Positions 51,023 to 61,276 of a stretch of 64,000 nt of DNA are shown piece after piece (positions within the stretch are counted from its first letter, which is position 1; each line of letters opens with the position of its first letter). Below the pieces are notes generated by a model, which had not been told where the DNA came from, ran no database searches, and saw only the letters and a program-made list of their open reading frames with translations. Both the position numbers and the translations under genes were made by a program. The stretch is from NCBI GenBank assembly GCA_038247415.1, contig JBBRUX010000001.1, positions 77,445 to 141,444 on the forward strand, in the 5' to 3' direction. The stretch is from Chitinivibrionales bacterium. GTDB lineage: Bacteria; Fibrobacterota; Chitinivibrionia; Chitinivibrionales; WJKA01.

Positions 51023-52000
51023 CTAGATTTCTCCCACTCGAAAACATGCTACTACATGATCGTGTGTACCGAATGGCTGCAGCTTTGGGACCGATTCTTT
51101 GCACATATCCAACACAAACGGACACCGGGTATGAAACGAACAGGCTTTTGCACGACACGAAAGAGACGGCGGTTCGAAGGGGAGCGGTTTCCGATTAAGA
51201 GAGAATGGTGCATAAGGATCGGGTACTGCTGCAATGAGTGCTCTTGAATAGGGATGTGCAGGGGATTTCAGGACTTCGTCCCGCAAACCAGCCTCAACAA
51301 TCGAACCAGCGTACATGACAATAACACGATCTGCAATATGATTAACAACCGTTATATCGTGAGAAATAAAGAGCATTGCGTAGTTGAATTCCGTGCGTAG
51401 CGCACCCAAAAGATTAAGGATTTGGGCCCTCACCGATACGTCAAGCGCTGAGACCGGTTCATCGGCAATAAGAAGCATGGGTTGAGGTGCCAAGGCTCGC
51501 GCTATAGCAACTCTTTGTCGCATTCCACCCGACAACTCATGCGGATATTTATACGCTATTTCGGCACCCAAACCAACGCGCTTGAGCATTGAGACAACCT
51601 GGGTCGCATTAGGGGTGCCCGCTGTAGGTTTATGCAATGCAAACGCTTCTGCAAGAGCATCCCCACTATTCATACGCGGATCGAGTGATGCATACGGATC
51701 TTGAAACACCATCTGAAACTTATGACGAACCTTGCGCAATGCATTGCCCGAAAGTTTTTGTAAAGCAAGATCATCGAGCACTATTTCGCCACACGATGGC
51801 TCAATAAGTCGCATAATGCTTCGTGCTAAAGAACTTTTTCCACACCCCGACTCACCAACTAAGCCAACCACTTCGCCGGTATTAATAGTAAACGATACAT
51901 CCTGCACGGCAAAAACCGTGCTAGATTCCGAAGATGCAAACATACTCTTTTTGAGAGCATACGAAACAGAGAGGTTATTGACCCGTAGGAGTGGTTTCAT
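51023..52000 (-). CDS. oppF: Oligopeptide ABC transporter ATPase
   Basis: GESGCGKS, FQDPYASLDPR, YPHELSGG, DEPVSALDVS, C-terminal Cys cluster. Confidence 0.92.
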   Translation of the reverse strand: MKPLLRVNNLSVSYALKKSMFASSESSTVFAVQDVSFTINTGEVVGLVGESGCGKSSLARSIMRLIEPSCGEIVLDDLALQKLSGNALRKVRHKFQMVFQDPYASLDPRMNSGDALAEAFALHKPTAGTPNATQVVSMLKRVGLGAEIAYKYPHELSGGMRQRVAIARALAPQPMLLIADEPVSALDVSVRAQILNLLGALRTEFNYAMLFISHDITVVNHIADRVIVMYAGSIVEAGLRDEVLKSPAHPYSRALIAAVPDPYAPFSLNRKPLPFEPPSLSCRAKACSFHTRCPFVLDMCKESVPKLQPFGTHDHVVACFRVGEI

Positions 52001-52977
52001 AGCGCTCCCGCAATACTACCATCTTGCACACGAAAGCACCGTGTGGAATGCTGTTCTGAAACAGGGAGCAACAATGGAGAAGCCAACCGGCACTCCCGTT
52101 TTACATAAGCACACCGTGGAGCAAAAGAACACCCCGTCATATTCTCTTTGAGATCGGGAGGCATGCCCCCAAGAGCATTTAAAATAGCAGCTCTTTTATG
52201 TAAAGATGGCATGGCATCGAGCAGCGCTTTAGTATACGGGTGCGCCGGGGATGCAAAAAGCTTTGCAACCGGTGCAGATTCTACAATCTGCCCCGCATAC
52301 ATAACCAGCACACGCGTTGCAATGCGCGCAACAACGCCAAGATCGTGCGTTACAAAAATCATTGACATAGCATAATTCTTTTGCAGCCCCGACAAGAGCA
52401 TAATAATATTATCTTGTACGGTGACATCAAGTGCGGTTGTGGGCTCATCGGCAATAAGAAGGCTCGGATGTGGCAACACGGTCATTGCAATCATCACGCG
52501 TTGACGCATCCCCCCCGACAACTCGTGGGGATACCGTTTCATTACAGATGCGACATCTGCAATCCCGATGTCGGATAAGAGATTATGAGCTTTCTCGTAT
52601 GCTTGCGCACGGGTTGCTTTTTTATGTACGAGCAATGGCTCTATGACCTGATCTCCAATGCGCATATACGGATTTAATGCTGTCATAGGGTCTTGAAAGA
52701 TCATACCGATCTGGTTGCCACGAACGTCGCGCAATTGCGCCTGAGTCAACGCATAAAGATCGGTACCATTAAACAATGCCTCCCCCGCTTCTTGGCGTGC
52801 TGGCGGCATGGGTAATAACCCTAATAAAGATAAGCACAAAACACTTTTTCCACAGCCGGATTCACCAACAATCCCAACGGTCTCGCCGTTTTGCACCACA
52901 AATGAAACATCCTGCACAGCATGGATCTGCCCCTGCGCAGTTGCAAACGAAATGGTGGCATTATCAACAGAAAGCAC
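51997..52977 (-). CDS. oppD: Oligopeptide ABC transporter ATPase
   Basis: GESGCGKS, FQDPMTALNP, LSGGMRQRV, DEPTTALDVT. Confidence 0.92.
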   Translation of the reverse strand: MLSVDNATISFATAQGQIHAVQDVSFVVQNGETVGIVGESGCGKSVLCLSLLGLLPMPPARQEAGEALFNGTDLYALTQAQLRDVRGNQIGMIFQDPMTALNPYMRIGDQVIEPLLVHKKATRAQAYEKAHNLLSDIGIADVASVMKRYPHELSGGMRQRVMIAMTVLPHPSLLIADEPTTALDVTVQDNIIMLLSGLQKNYAMSMIFVTHDLGVVARIATRVLVMYAGQIVESAPVAKLFASPAHPYTKALLDAMPSLHKRAAILNALGGMPPDLKENMTGCSFAPRCAYVKRECRLASPLLLPVSEQHSTRCFRVQDGSIAGAL

Positions 52978-52980
52978 AGA

Positions 52981-53847
52981 TCATTCCTTTACAGAAGTGC
53001 TATCGAGAGCATCTCGTAAACCATCACCAACAACATTGAGCGAAAAAAGTGCAGCCGATAAAAAACACCCTGGGAATATAAGCATCCAAGGATACTCTTC
53101 AAGAGCATCGGCTCCTTCTTTAATAAGAAGTCCCCACGAACTCATGGGCGGTTGCACCCCAAGTCCTAAAAAACTCAAAAACGCTTCAAGGAGCATAACA
53201 CTGGGGATAGTTAGGGTTGCATATACAATTACAGGCCCCAGCACATTGGGTACAATGTGTCGAATAATAATGGTTGGGGTGCTCTGGCCCATCGTAATAG
53301 CCGCCTCGATATATTCGAGTTTTTTTATTCCCATAACTTGGCTACGCACAATACGAGCCATGGTAAGCCATTCAACAGCGCCAATGGCACAAAAAAGCAG
53401 TACGATATTTCTACCAAAGAGAACCATAAGAATTATTACAAAAATGGTAAACGGGAATGCGTATAAGATATCTACCACGCGCATAAGGAGTCTATCGACC
53501 CAGCCCCCTAAAAATCCAGAGAAAGCGCCGTAGGTTACACCGATACACAATGCGACAAGGGTTGCTGCAACGCCCACAAGAATCGAAACACGTCCCCCAA
53601 ACAGCACTCGTGTAAAGAGATCGCGCCCCAAAGGATCTGTGCCAAAAAGATGCTTAAGCGTTGGACCGCGTGCGCCATACCCAAGATCTTGAGCAGAATA
53701 GGAATACGGTGAAAAAAGATGTGCCCCCAGCGATCCAATAACAAGGATTGTCAAAACAATAAGACCCACAAGTGCCAAGCGATTTTCCAAAAAACGTTTG
53801 ATGACGCTTTGCACATGTGTTGGGGGCTTTCTGCTAGACTGCGTCAT
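52981..53847 (-). CDS. oppC: Oligopeptide ABC transporter permease
   Basis: FGTDPLGRDL, YIEAA..G, LSFLGLG, GDGLRDALD. Confidence 0.93.
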   Translation of the reverse strand: MTQSSRKPPTHVQSVIKRFLENRLALVGLIVLTILVIGSLGAHLFSPYSYSAQDLGYGARGPTLKHLFGTDPLGRDLFTRVLFGGRVSILVGVAATLVALCIGVTYGAFSGFLGGWVDRLLMRVVDILYAFPFTIFVIILMVLFGRNIVLLFCAIGAVEWLTMARIVRSQVMGIKKLEYIEAAITMGQSTPTIIIRHIVPNVLGPVIVYATLTIPSVMLLEAFLSFLGLGVQPPMSSWGLLIKEGADALEEYPWMLIFPGCFLSAALFSLNVVGDGLRDALDSTSVKE

Positions 53848-54764
53848 GAGGCACCCCGCAGCCTTGGATTAATCCAGGCTAAAAGAATATCGACCAAAAG
53901 ATTAAGCAGGATAATGAGTGTTGCATAAAAAAGAACGCACCCTAAAATCATGGTGTAATCTCGATTAAATGCTGCAAGCACAAAAAATCGACCCAATCCT
54001 GGAATAGCAAAAATGGTTTCGATAACAAACGATCCGGTAATGATTCCTGCACTAGCCGGCCCTAAAAAAGAGACCACCGGGCCCACTCCTCCGCGTAAAG
54101 CATGTCGAAGAATGATGCCAATTTCAGAAACCCCTTTTGCACGCGCAGTACGAATAAAATCCTTGGGCAGCACATCGAGCATTCCGCCCCGCATAAGCCG
54201 TGCAATGTACGCGGCATAGGGAGCTGCAAGGGTTAACGAGGGCAACACACGATCCAGCGGACCGTTCCACCCCGATACCGGAAAGAGCTGCAATCCTAAC
54301 CCAAGACCAAGCACCAAAATTGGGCCTAAAACAAAGGTTGGAACACACATTCCGGTCATCGCGATTGTCATGGGTATATGGTCAAGCAATGATCGCGGCC
54401 GCAAAGATGCTAAAAGCCCAGCACTCATGCCGCAAACCAGCGCAATGCTAATTGCAAGCAAACCAAGCTCAAGCGATACGGGAAATGCACCTGCAATTAT
54501 TTCATTGACAGATCGCCCTGGATACTTAAACGATGGCCCCAAATCTCCCTGGAGCGCTTTGAACATATACAAACCATATTGTACGTAAAGCGGTTTGTCG
54601 AGACCGTAATGCGCATTAAGACTAGCAAGAACCGATGGATCGGTATTCTTTTCGGATGAAAAAGGCCCACCTGGTGCAAGTCGCACCATAAAGAAGGTAA
54701 TGGTTGCAATGGCAAACAAAGCAGGAATTGCCTCGGCGCATCGACGCAGGATTAGCCTTAGCAT
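53844..54764 (-). CDS. oppB: Oligopeptide ABC transporter permease
   Basis: APGGPF, GDLGPSF, FIRTARAKG, IETIFAIPGLG. Confidence 0.93.
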   Translation of the reverse strand: MLRLILRRCAEAIPALFAIATITFFMVRLAPGGPFSSEKNTDPSVLASLNAHYGLDKPLYVQYGLYMFKALQGDLGPSFKYPGRSVNEIIAGAFPVSLELGLLAISIALVCGMSAGLLASLRPRSLLDHIPMTIAMTGMCVPTFVLGPILVLGLGLGLQLFPVSGWNGPLDRVLPSLTLAAPYAAYIARLMRGGMLDVLPKDFIRTARAKGVSEIGIILRHALRGGVGPVVSFLGPASAGIITGSFVIETIFAIPGLGRFFVLAAFNRDYTMILGCVLFYATLIILLNLLVDILLAWINPRLRGAS

Positions 54765-54782
54765 ACAACTTCCCGAGGTAGA

Positions 54783-56408
54783 TTATTGATCATCGAGCCA
54801 CACATACTTATAAGGGTGCCGGTCGAGAATAGTACCATACCACCCTTTAACACTGGTAGCGCGCAAGTGTGAGGAAACATAAAAATAAATGGGAAGTATT
54901 GGCATTTCGCTTGTTAAAAGCGACTCTGCTTGTTGATAACAGGCAAACCGAAGCGTTTGGGAAAGTGCACCGCGAGACGCATTGATAAGGCTATCATAGC
55001 GCGGAGACGACCACCCAGCCCGGTTATTGCCGCCACCGGTTACCCACAAATCAAGAAAGGTATTAGGATCAACGTAATCCCCGCTCCAACCGGCACGCGA
55101 TATAAAATAGTCTTTTCGTTTTTGAGCATCGAGGTATACTTTCCACTCTTGATTGACAAGTTGGATATCCACATTCAGGTTCTTTTTCCACATTTCTTGC
55201 AGTGCCTGTGCAATGGTTTGGTGCAACTCGGAAGTATTATACAAAAGTTCTACTTTAGGAAATCCTTTGCCATCGGGAAAGCCCGCCAAGGCAAGGAGCG
55301 CCTTAGCCGAATCTAGATTTTCTGTAAGATGGGCTGTAGCGGTAAACCCGGCAGTCCCCGGTGGGGTAAAATTAAATGCCGGCAATTGTCCCCCTTTGCA
55401 GATATTATCGGCTATGCTTTTTCGATCGATAGCCATAGCCAGCGATTTACGAACACATACGTTGTCAAAGGGAGGGCGATGCACATTAAACAAGTAATAG
55501 TACGTTGCAAGGTAGGGGTCAACATGAAGAAGCTTGGGAGATGTCAACCTATACTCGGCAATTTTATTGGGAGGAACATTTGCGGTAGTATGCAGTTGAC
55601 CCGCCCTAAATGCGCGCTCTTCGGTAAGCGATGATTCGATAGGATAAAAATGAATTTCCGCTAAACGCACCGTTTGAGCATCCCAGTATCGAGAATTTTT
55701 TTCTACCACAATTTCTTTATTAAGTACCCAGCTTTTTAAGACAAACGCTCCATTACCCACAAAATTTCCTGGACGTGTCCATGCTGTCCCGCGCGCGTCA
55801 ATGGCACCATATTTTTCGATAGTGGCCTTATGAACAGGTTGCCATGCAGTATGGGATAAAAGCGCTAAGAAATAGGGTGTCGGCTGGGCTAGGTTCACAA
55901 TAAGTGTTGAATCGTTACGAGCAGATACTCCCACCGAATCGAACGTAGCTATTTTTTTTGAATGATATGCTTCTGCATTGACAACACAGAATAGCATATA
56001 AGCATACTCGGAGCCAAGGGCAGGCGAAAGCACTCTTTTACAAGAGTATACAAAATCCCCCGCAGTTACCCTATCGCCATTTGACCAAAGTGCATTAGAC
56101 CTCACATGAAAGGTATATGTTTTTAAATCGGGAGATACATCCCAGCTTTGAGCAACACCCGGTATAGGGCGCAAATCCTTGGGATCTTCGGTAACGAGTC
56201 CTTCCAGGAGTGCAGAAATAATATGCAGCTCTGGTTCACCAGTAACGATATGCGGATCGAGATCCTGCGGCTCGGTCTGGTTTCCCAGATGTAGTATTTG
56301 CGCTTTGTTACCACGTTCAACAGCGGTCTTTTTTGCACCACAACCAAACAGGCACAATCCAACAAGGCATATGCTAGAAAACTTTAAATAATGCCACCCT
56401 CTTAACAT
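54783..56408 (-). CDS. oppA: Oligopeptide ABC transporter substrate-binding lipoprotein
   Basis: Lipobox LFGC, EPQDLDP, WSNGDRVTAGDF, RAGWSGDYVDP. Confidence 0.92.
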   Translation of the reverse strand: MLRGWHYLKFSSICLVGLCLFGCGAKKTAVERGNKAQILHLGNQTEPQDLDPHIVTGEPELHIISALLEGLVTEDPKDLRPIPGVAQSWDVSPDLKTYTFHVRSNALWSNGDRVTAGDFVYSCKRVLSPALGSEYAYMLFCVVNAEAYHSKKIATFDSVGVSARNDSTLIVNLAQPTPYFLALLSHTAWQPVHKATIEKYGAIDARGTAWTRPGNFVGNGAFVLKSWVLNKEIVVEKNSRYWDAQTVRLAEIHFYPIESSLTEERAFRAGQLHTTANVPPNKIAEYRLTSPKLLHVDPYLATYYYLFNVHRPPFDNVCVRKSLAMAIDRKSIADNICKGGQLPAFNFTPPGTAGFTATAHLTENLDSAKALLALAGFPDGKGFPKVELLYNTSELHQTIAQALQEMWKKNLNVDIQLVNQEWKVYLDAQKRKDYFISRAGWSGDYVDPNTFLDLWVTGGGNNRAGWSSPRYDSLINASRGALSQTLRFACYQQAESLLTSEMPILPIYFYVSSHLRATSVKGWYGTILDRHPYKYVWLDDQ

Positions 56409-56411
56409 GTG

Positions 56412-57221
56412 TTACAACTCCTCCCGATTAAACCGCATCGCTACTAAGGCTCCAACAATAAGAGTCCAAACAAATACATTAACAAACGGATGAATAGACC
56501 CGGCATAGTGCGTTGGCACTCCACTTACCCATGAGGTTGCATCAAGCATGAGCGCTGTAGTTTTAGGCCATATACTACGCCAGAGCGCCGGATCAGGTGG
56601 CGCGTTAGTCATAAACGACTGAAGAGTTTTGCTGTGCATTGCTGCAAAAACAAGATCGGAAACCATACCAGTTGCCACAACGCCTATGGTAAGAAGCACA
56701 GCCACCACGTCGGATACAAAAAAAGAACAGAGGCACACAAGCGATACCACAAACAATACATTTATAAAACATGCTCCCGAAGCTGCCAGAAAAAGGCCGG
56801 GTAATCGCGCCCCGGTATTTGAAAGTGCTAACACGTAAATTGTTCCATGGAGCAAAAGCATGAATGCCCAAGCAACAAAAAACACTCCTGCAAGCCTTCC
56901 AAGGCTATAGCTCCATCGCGAGACTGGTCGGGCAAGCAACATGACCATGCTGCCATCTTCGCGATCTCGCCGATATATCCGCATAGCCAAAAGTGCTCCA
57001 ATGAGCACTGCAATGTGTCCTACAACAGAAAAAGCAATAAGCGATGCCTGCCAAGCAACATTTAAGGAATTTACAGCTTGTCCATTTACAGAATACGACC
57101 CTTGGTAACACCCCCGCAAAACAATCATGAGAAGCACACATACTATGGCCGATGCAATAAAACTCTTTTGCCTAACAATATCACGAACTGTATAGCCTGC
57201 TATTTTCATTAATGATTTCAT
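56412..57221 (-). CDS. ABC-2 type transporter permease
   Basis: Multi-TM protein; DREDGS..LLARPVSR...GRL. Confidence 0.85.
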   Translation of the reverse strand: MKSLMKIAGYTVRDIVRQKSFIASAIVCVLLMIVLRGCYQGSYSVNGQAVNSLNVAWQASLIAFSVVGHIAVLIGALLAMRIYRRDREDGSMVMLLARPVSRWSYSLGRLAGVFFVAWAFMLLLHGTIYVLALSNTGARLPGLFLAASGACFINVLFVVSLVCLCSFFVSDVVAVLLTIGVVATGMVSDLVFAAMHSKTLQSFMTNAPPDPALWRSIWPKTTALMLDATSWVSGVPTHYAGSIHPFVNVFVWTLIVGALVAMRFNREEL

Positions 57222-57223
57222 TC

Positions 57224-57928
57224 TTATTCCTTTATCATTCTAACAAATACGTCTTCGAGCGATTCGCCGTCCTTAACAATAGCAGATATGCTCTCTTTAA
57301 TCAGAATTTTTCCATTTTTTATGATTGCCGCCGTATCACAAACTTTTTCAACTTCAGAAAGCAAATGCGAATTAAGCAGAATGGTTGTTCCCATTCGTTT
57401 ACGTTCCTCCAAAAGCATGCGAACTTCGCGTATACCAATAGGATCAAGCCCGCTCACCGGCTCATCGAGAATGAGAAGTTTTGGGCTTCCTAAAAGAGCC
57501 GCGCCTAATCCGATTCGCTGAACCATTCCTTTTGAATAGGTGCGCGCAGCTTGCTTTTCTTTTCCCTGCATCCCAACAGAAATAATAATGGCCTCAATCT
57601 CTGTGCGTGCCTGATCTTTGCTTAACCCAATAAGTTCTGCGTGACGTGCTAAAAACTCATACCCTGTCAAGTAGGGAGGAATAGCATTATTTTCGGCGCA
57701 ATAGCCAACCGAAGCGCGACACATCGGATCGGTCACCGACATCCCGTTTATAGATAACGTACCGCTTGTGGGACGTGTAAACCCCAAAAGCATTTTAACC
57801 AACGATGTTTTCCCTGCCCCGTTTGGGCCAAGCAGGGCAAACGACTCCCCTTGACGTACTTCAAAGGAGACATTGTCTACGGCAGTTGCACTGCCATACC
57901 GTTTTGTTGCCACAGTAATTGAAATCAT
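57224..57928 (-). CDS. ABC transporter ATP-binding protein
   Basis: GPNGAGKTS, YSKGMVQR, LDEPVSGLDP, SHLLSEVE; start trimmed to ATG 57928. Confidence 0.9.
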   Translation of the reverse strand: MISITVATKRYGSATAVDNVSFEVRQGESFALLGPNGAGKTSLVKMLLGFTRPTSGTLSINGMSVTDPMCRASVGYCAENNAIPPYLTGYEFLARHAELIGLSKDQARTEIEAIIISVGMQGKEKQAARTYSKGMVQRIGLGAALLGSPKLLILDEPVSGLDPIGIREVRMLLEERKRMGTTILLNSHLLSEVEKVCDTAAIIKNGKILIKESISAIVKDGESLEDVFVRMIKE

Positions 57929-57950
57929 ACAATATTCATTCCATTCCGTA

Positions 57951-59036
57951 CTACGATAACGCCAGATGCGGCATATCTTCGATATATTTACGCAACACGT
58001 GCAAGATCTCCGATTCCTTAACTTTTTCCACGGGTTTTCCTTTAACAAATATGAGCCCTTCGCCATTACCCCCGGCAACCCCAATATCTGCCTCACGAGC
58101 TTCGCCAGGGCCATTAACAACGCATCCCATTACCGCAACCTTTACAGTTGCATTCATGGAAAAAACCATGGCTTCGACCTGCTCGGCAAGTTTTTCTACA
58201 TTAATAGTCGTGCGAGCGCATGTAGGGCAAGCAATTACAATGGGCCCCGATGCCAAACCCAAAGATTTGAGAATTTCTTTTGCAACAAAAATTTCTGAAA
58301 CCGGATCGGCAGCAAGAGAAACGCGAATAGTATCGCCAATGCCTTCTGACAAAAGTGTTCCAATACCAACCGACGAACGAATGGTGCCACTACGAACAGT
58401 ACCCGACTCGGTAATACCAATATGCTGAGGATATTGAGTAAGTTTAGAAAGTGCTCTGCATGCCAAGATCGTTGTGAGTACGTCACTTGCTTTTATAGAA
58501 ACGACCATATTGTCAAACCCATAGGATTCAAGCTGCGCAAGCGCTTGAGCGGCACTTTGTGCAAGTGCTTCGGGCGTAGGACCGCCATATTTTAAAACAA
58601 GATGCTTTTCGAGCGATCCGCTATTTACTCCTACGCGAATGGGTATATTCGCAGCCTTGGCCGCATCAACAACTGCTTTTACCCGTTCTGGGGCACCAAT
58701 ATTTCCGGGGTTAATTCTTATTTTGTCGGCACCGGCTTCGATAGCAGCGATTGCTAATCGATAATCGAAATGAATATCTGCTACAAGCGGTACCGTAGTC
58801 TGCTTTCGGATTGCGGCAAATCCAACTGCTGCAGCTTGATCGGGAACCGACATTCGCACGATAGCACACCCCGCTTTGCAGAGCGCTTCAATCTGACCAA
58901 GCGTTGCCTGCGGATCGGCGGTGCTTGTGTTGGTCATAGATTGGATTGCAACCGGATTGTTGCCGCCAATGGTGATTGACCCAATGCGAATGGGCTGTGT
59001 TGTAACACGGGGGATAAAGAGCGGTGTTCCAGACAT
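57951..59036 (-). CDS. ispG: 4-hydroxy-3-methylbut-2-en-1-yl diphosphate synthase
   Basis: QSMTNT, ADIHFD, RINPGNIG, GDTIRVSL, CPTC, MGCVVNGPGE; start ATG 59036. Confidence 0.96.
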   Translation of the reverse strand: MSGTPLFIPRVTTQPIRIGSITIGGNNPVAIQSMTNTSTADPQATLGQIEALCKAGCAIVRMSVPDQAAAVGFAAIRKQTTVPLVADIHFDYRLAIAAIEAGADKIRINPGNIGAPERVKAVVDAAKAANIPIRVGVNSGSLEKHLVLKYGGPTPEALAQSAAQALAQLESYGFDNMVVSIKASDVLTTILACRALSKLTQYPQHIGITESGTVRSGTIRSSVGIGTLLSEGIGDTIRVSLAADPVSEIFVAKEILKSLGLASGPIVIACPTCARTTINVEKLAEQVEAMVFSMNATVKVAVMGCVVNGPGEAREADIGVAGGNGEGLIFVKGKPVEKVKESEILHVLRKYIEDMPHLALS

Positions 59037-59153
59037 GAAAAAAGTAAGCTTTCTAATTATTTCGTAACGAGGCCTCTGCTTCATAAAACCACAGATACCT
59101 AAGGTCAGCAAACAATTATTAAAAATGGTTTTTGCGGGGAAGAAAGAGGGAAA

Positions 59154-59192
59154 TTTCGTGACGAGTCCGCACAATACGTACTCGCCACGAAA
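59154..59192 (-). terminator. Stem-loop downstream of the OMP gene
   Basis: Minus strand TTTCGTGGCGAGT...ACTCGTCACGAAA (one G:U pair) followed by a pyrimidine tract. Confidence 0.55.
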
Positions 59193-59206
59193 ACAAAGAA
59201 TCTAGC

Positions 59207-59746
59207 TTAAAACTTGTAGCCAATACCAACTTTAAACCATCCATAGCCAGGTTGTGTTTCTGCATTTGCATAAAACTGAGGTGTGAAATAATAGGATGCA
59301 CCGAGAAACCCATCTATCACAAATGCTCCACCGTCGGGCGCATTGATATATGAGTAAGGCCCTATATAATGTGCCTTTCCAAAAGCCCAACCAACCTCAA
59401 TACCGCCATAGGCGTCGAGTTTATCACGAATTGCTATTTTATCTTTGAGCACAGTCAAATTAAAAGGATGAAATGCGCCGTGAATTACAAGTGGAAATCT
59501 GTAATACTCCCAATCATAAAGAATTGAATAACCGTATCCGAAAAAACCACCCCCACTTATTGCATCGGTAAATGCATAGTCAAAGCCGAGATTAGGCCCA
59601 AACGGGTACGCAGAAATAGTAAGCGATGCCTGCATTTGACCCTTAGCAAAGCAGCTTCCCTCCGCCGTTGCCCAATCCTGAGCAGAAACACGTGCAGCTA
59701 CACCACACGTAACCAGCGCAGCTAAAACCAGCGATCGAACCCTCAT
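59207..59746 (-). CDS. Small outer-membrane beta-barrel protein
   Basis: Signal peptide (VSA-QD), aromatic/Gly alternating strands, C-terminal KVGIGYKF. Confidence 0.8.
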   Translation of the reverse strand: MRVRSLVLAALVTCGVAARVSAQDWATAEGSCFAKGQMQASLTISAYPFGPNLGFDYAFTDAISGGGFFGYGYSILYDWEYYRFPLVIHGAFHPFNLTVLKDKIAIRDKLDAYGGIEVGWAFGKAHYIGPYSYINAPDGGAFVIDGFLGASYYFTPQFYANAETQPGYGWFKVGIGYKF

Positions 59747-59822
59747 ACAACCTCCCCTTAAGATTTAAAAAATTCTCTATCTGTGCAGTATCTACGAATG
59801 TACCAGACCACATAGTGAACGC

Positions 59823-60959
59823 CTACAGCACTTGCGCTATAAGATTAACACGCGATCCTTCTATACCACTTACCGAAACACTGCCCGTACCGGACTTCAT
59901 TTTTCTTCCATCTGCCTTATCGCAAAAACCAGATGCATTACCTTTATACTGAATGTCAATAATAAGCTGTTTGCCCGCTGCATCCCAACTTCGCTCACGC
60001 ACCGCAGAAACACCCATGATCGATTCGAGGCAAATGATAACATCTTTTTTAACCTTGAAGGTCGCTACGTTAGCAATAGTAACCGATAAGCCAATCCCAT
60101 TATTAGACTGATTCTGCCAATCCTTCATAATGGCATCGAGCAGCTTTTGTGCGGCAATTGTTGACGCTTTGGCAATTGCTTGCGAACCAGCGGTTGACGG
60201 GTTGATATGAACTCTGGCTGCATGGGCATCTGAGGAACCAATAATTTTTGCATTGGAACAATTAATCGCCTTGAGCGTAACATCTGCTTGTGCCGAGATC
60301 ATTCCACCCAGTTGCGCAGACATGCCTTCTGCTTTACGACTTATTGCTTTGCCGGTTATAAGAACTTCTGCACCATACTGAGTACCCAGCTGGGCGGCAG
60401 CTGCAGCATCATTTGCAAGCATTGCCATTTTTTGCTGCGATGCCTTAATGGTAGACGCAACCGACACATCGATGAGATCGAAATCGTACGGATCTTTGAG
60501 GAAACCCGTTAGTGCGATTTCTGCGGCATTGGACCCTTGATCTGCGCTACTCATATTATCTTCGGCAACAAGAATCATGATGCGCGGTTTGTTCATCGAC
60601 TCAATAAGTATTTGCGCAGCAGCGAGATCGGCATGCACTGCGGTGCGGGATAAAATCGCCTTGATGTTGATCTTAATAAGATTATCGGAGGTTTTAGTTT
60701 CGGCGGTAATTTCGTAATTCTTAACAGCACCAACCGTTTTGGTAATGATCTGATCGCGCTTGGTCATGAAATTTTCTATTTCGGTTTGCGAAATAAGAAT
60801 CGTGCCAATGCCTTTTTCTATGGCATTGCGTTTCGCACCCAAAAGCGCCTCTTCACGATTTGACCCAAGACCTTCGCCGTCGGCGCTTATGTCATCTTGT
60901 GCCATGAGAGACCCACACAGAAGAATGCTGATCCACACCAAGCGTACTATAATTGCCAT
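59823..60959 (-). CDS. Exported protein with FlgT-N-like domain (hypothetical)
   Basis: Signal peptide; GEG...REEALLGAKRNAIEKGIG pattern; KPRIMILVAE; GAEVLITG. Confidence 0.6.
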   Translation of the reverse strand: MAIIVRLVWISILLCGSLMAQDDISADGEGLGSNREEALLGAKRNAIEKGIGTILISQTEIENFMTKRDQIITKTVGAVKNYEITAETKTSDNLIKINIKAILSRTAVHADLAAAQILIESMNKPRIMILVAEDNMSSADQGSNAAEIALTGFLKDPYDFDLIDVSVASTIKASQQKMAMLANDAAAAAQLGTQYGAEVLITGKAISRKAEGMSAQLGGMISAQADVTLKAINCSNAKIIGSSDAHAARVHINPSTAGSQAIAKASTIAAQKLLDAIMKDWQNQSNNGIGLSVTIANVATFKVKKDVIICLESIMGVSAVRERSWDAAGKQLIIDIQYKGNASGFCDKADGRKMKSGTGSVSVSGIEGSRVNLIAQVL

Positions 60960-61276
60960 TGGAGCTCCTTCAAAAAAAATCTTACCACCCTACCCCGGGC
61001 ACCACGTTCAACACCATATTACTTACTATAGAAATATAAATGCAACAATTTGAACATGCACGAGATTGTTGTGTTCTGTCCGTTTTATGCACATTAAAAG
61101 AGGTACATACCGTTTTTGCGAGACACTCCAAAGCTCTTACTGTAATGGAACACGCATTTGCTATAAAATTAATACTCTTAATATATTTTAATACTATGCG
61201 TTCTTTTTTTTTAATGATTTAAAATACTATTGTGTTTTAGTTTAAAGACTTCCACAATTAACATTAAGGTTACACA

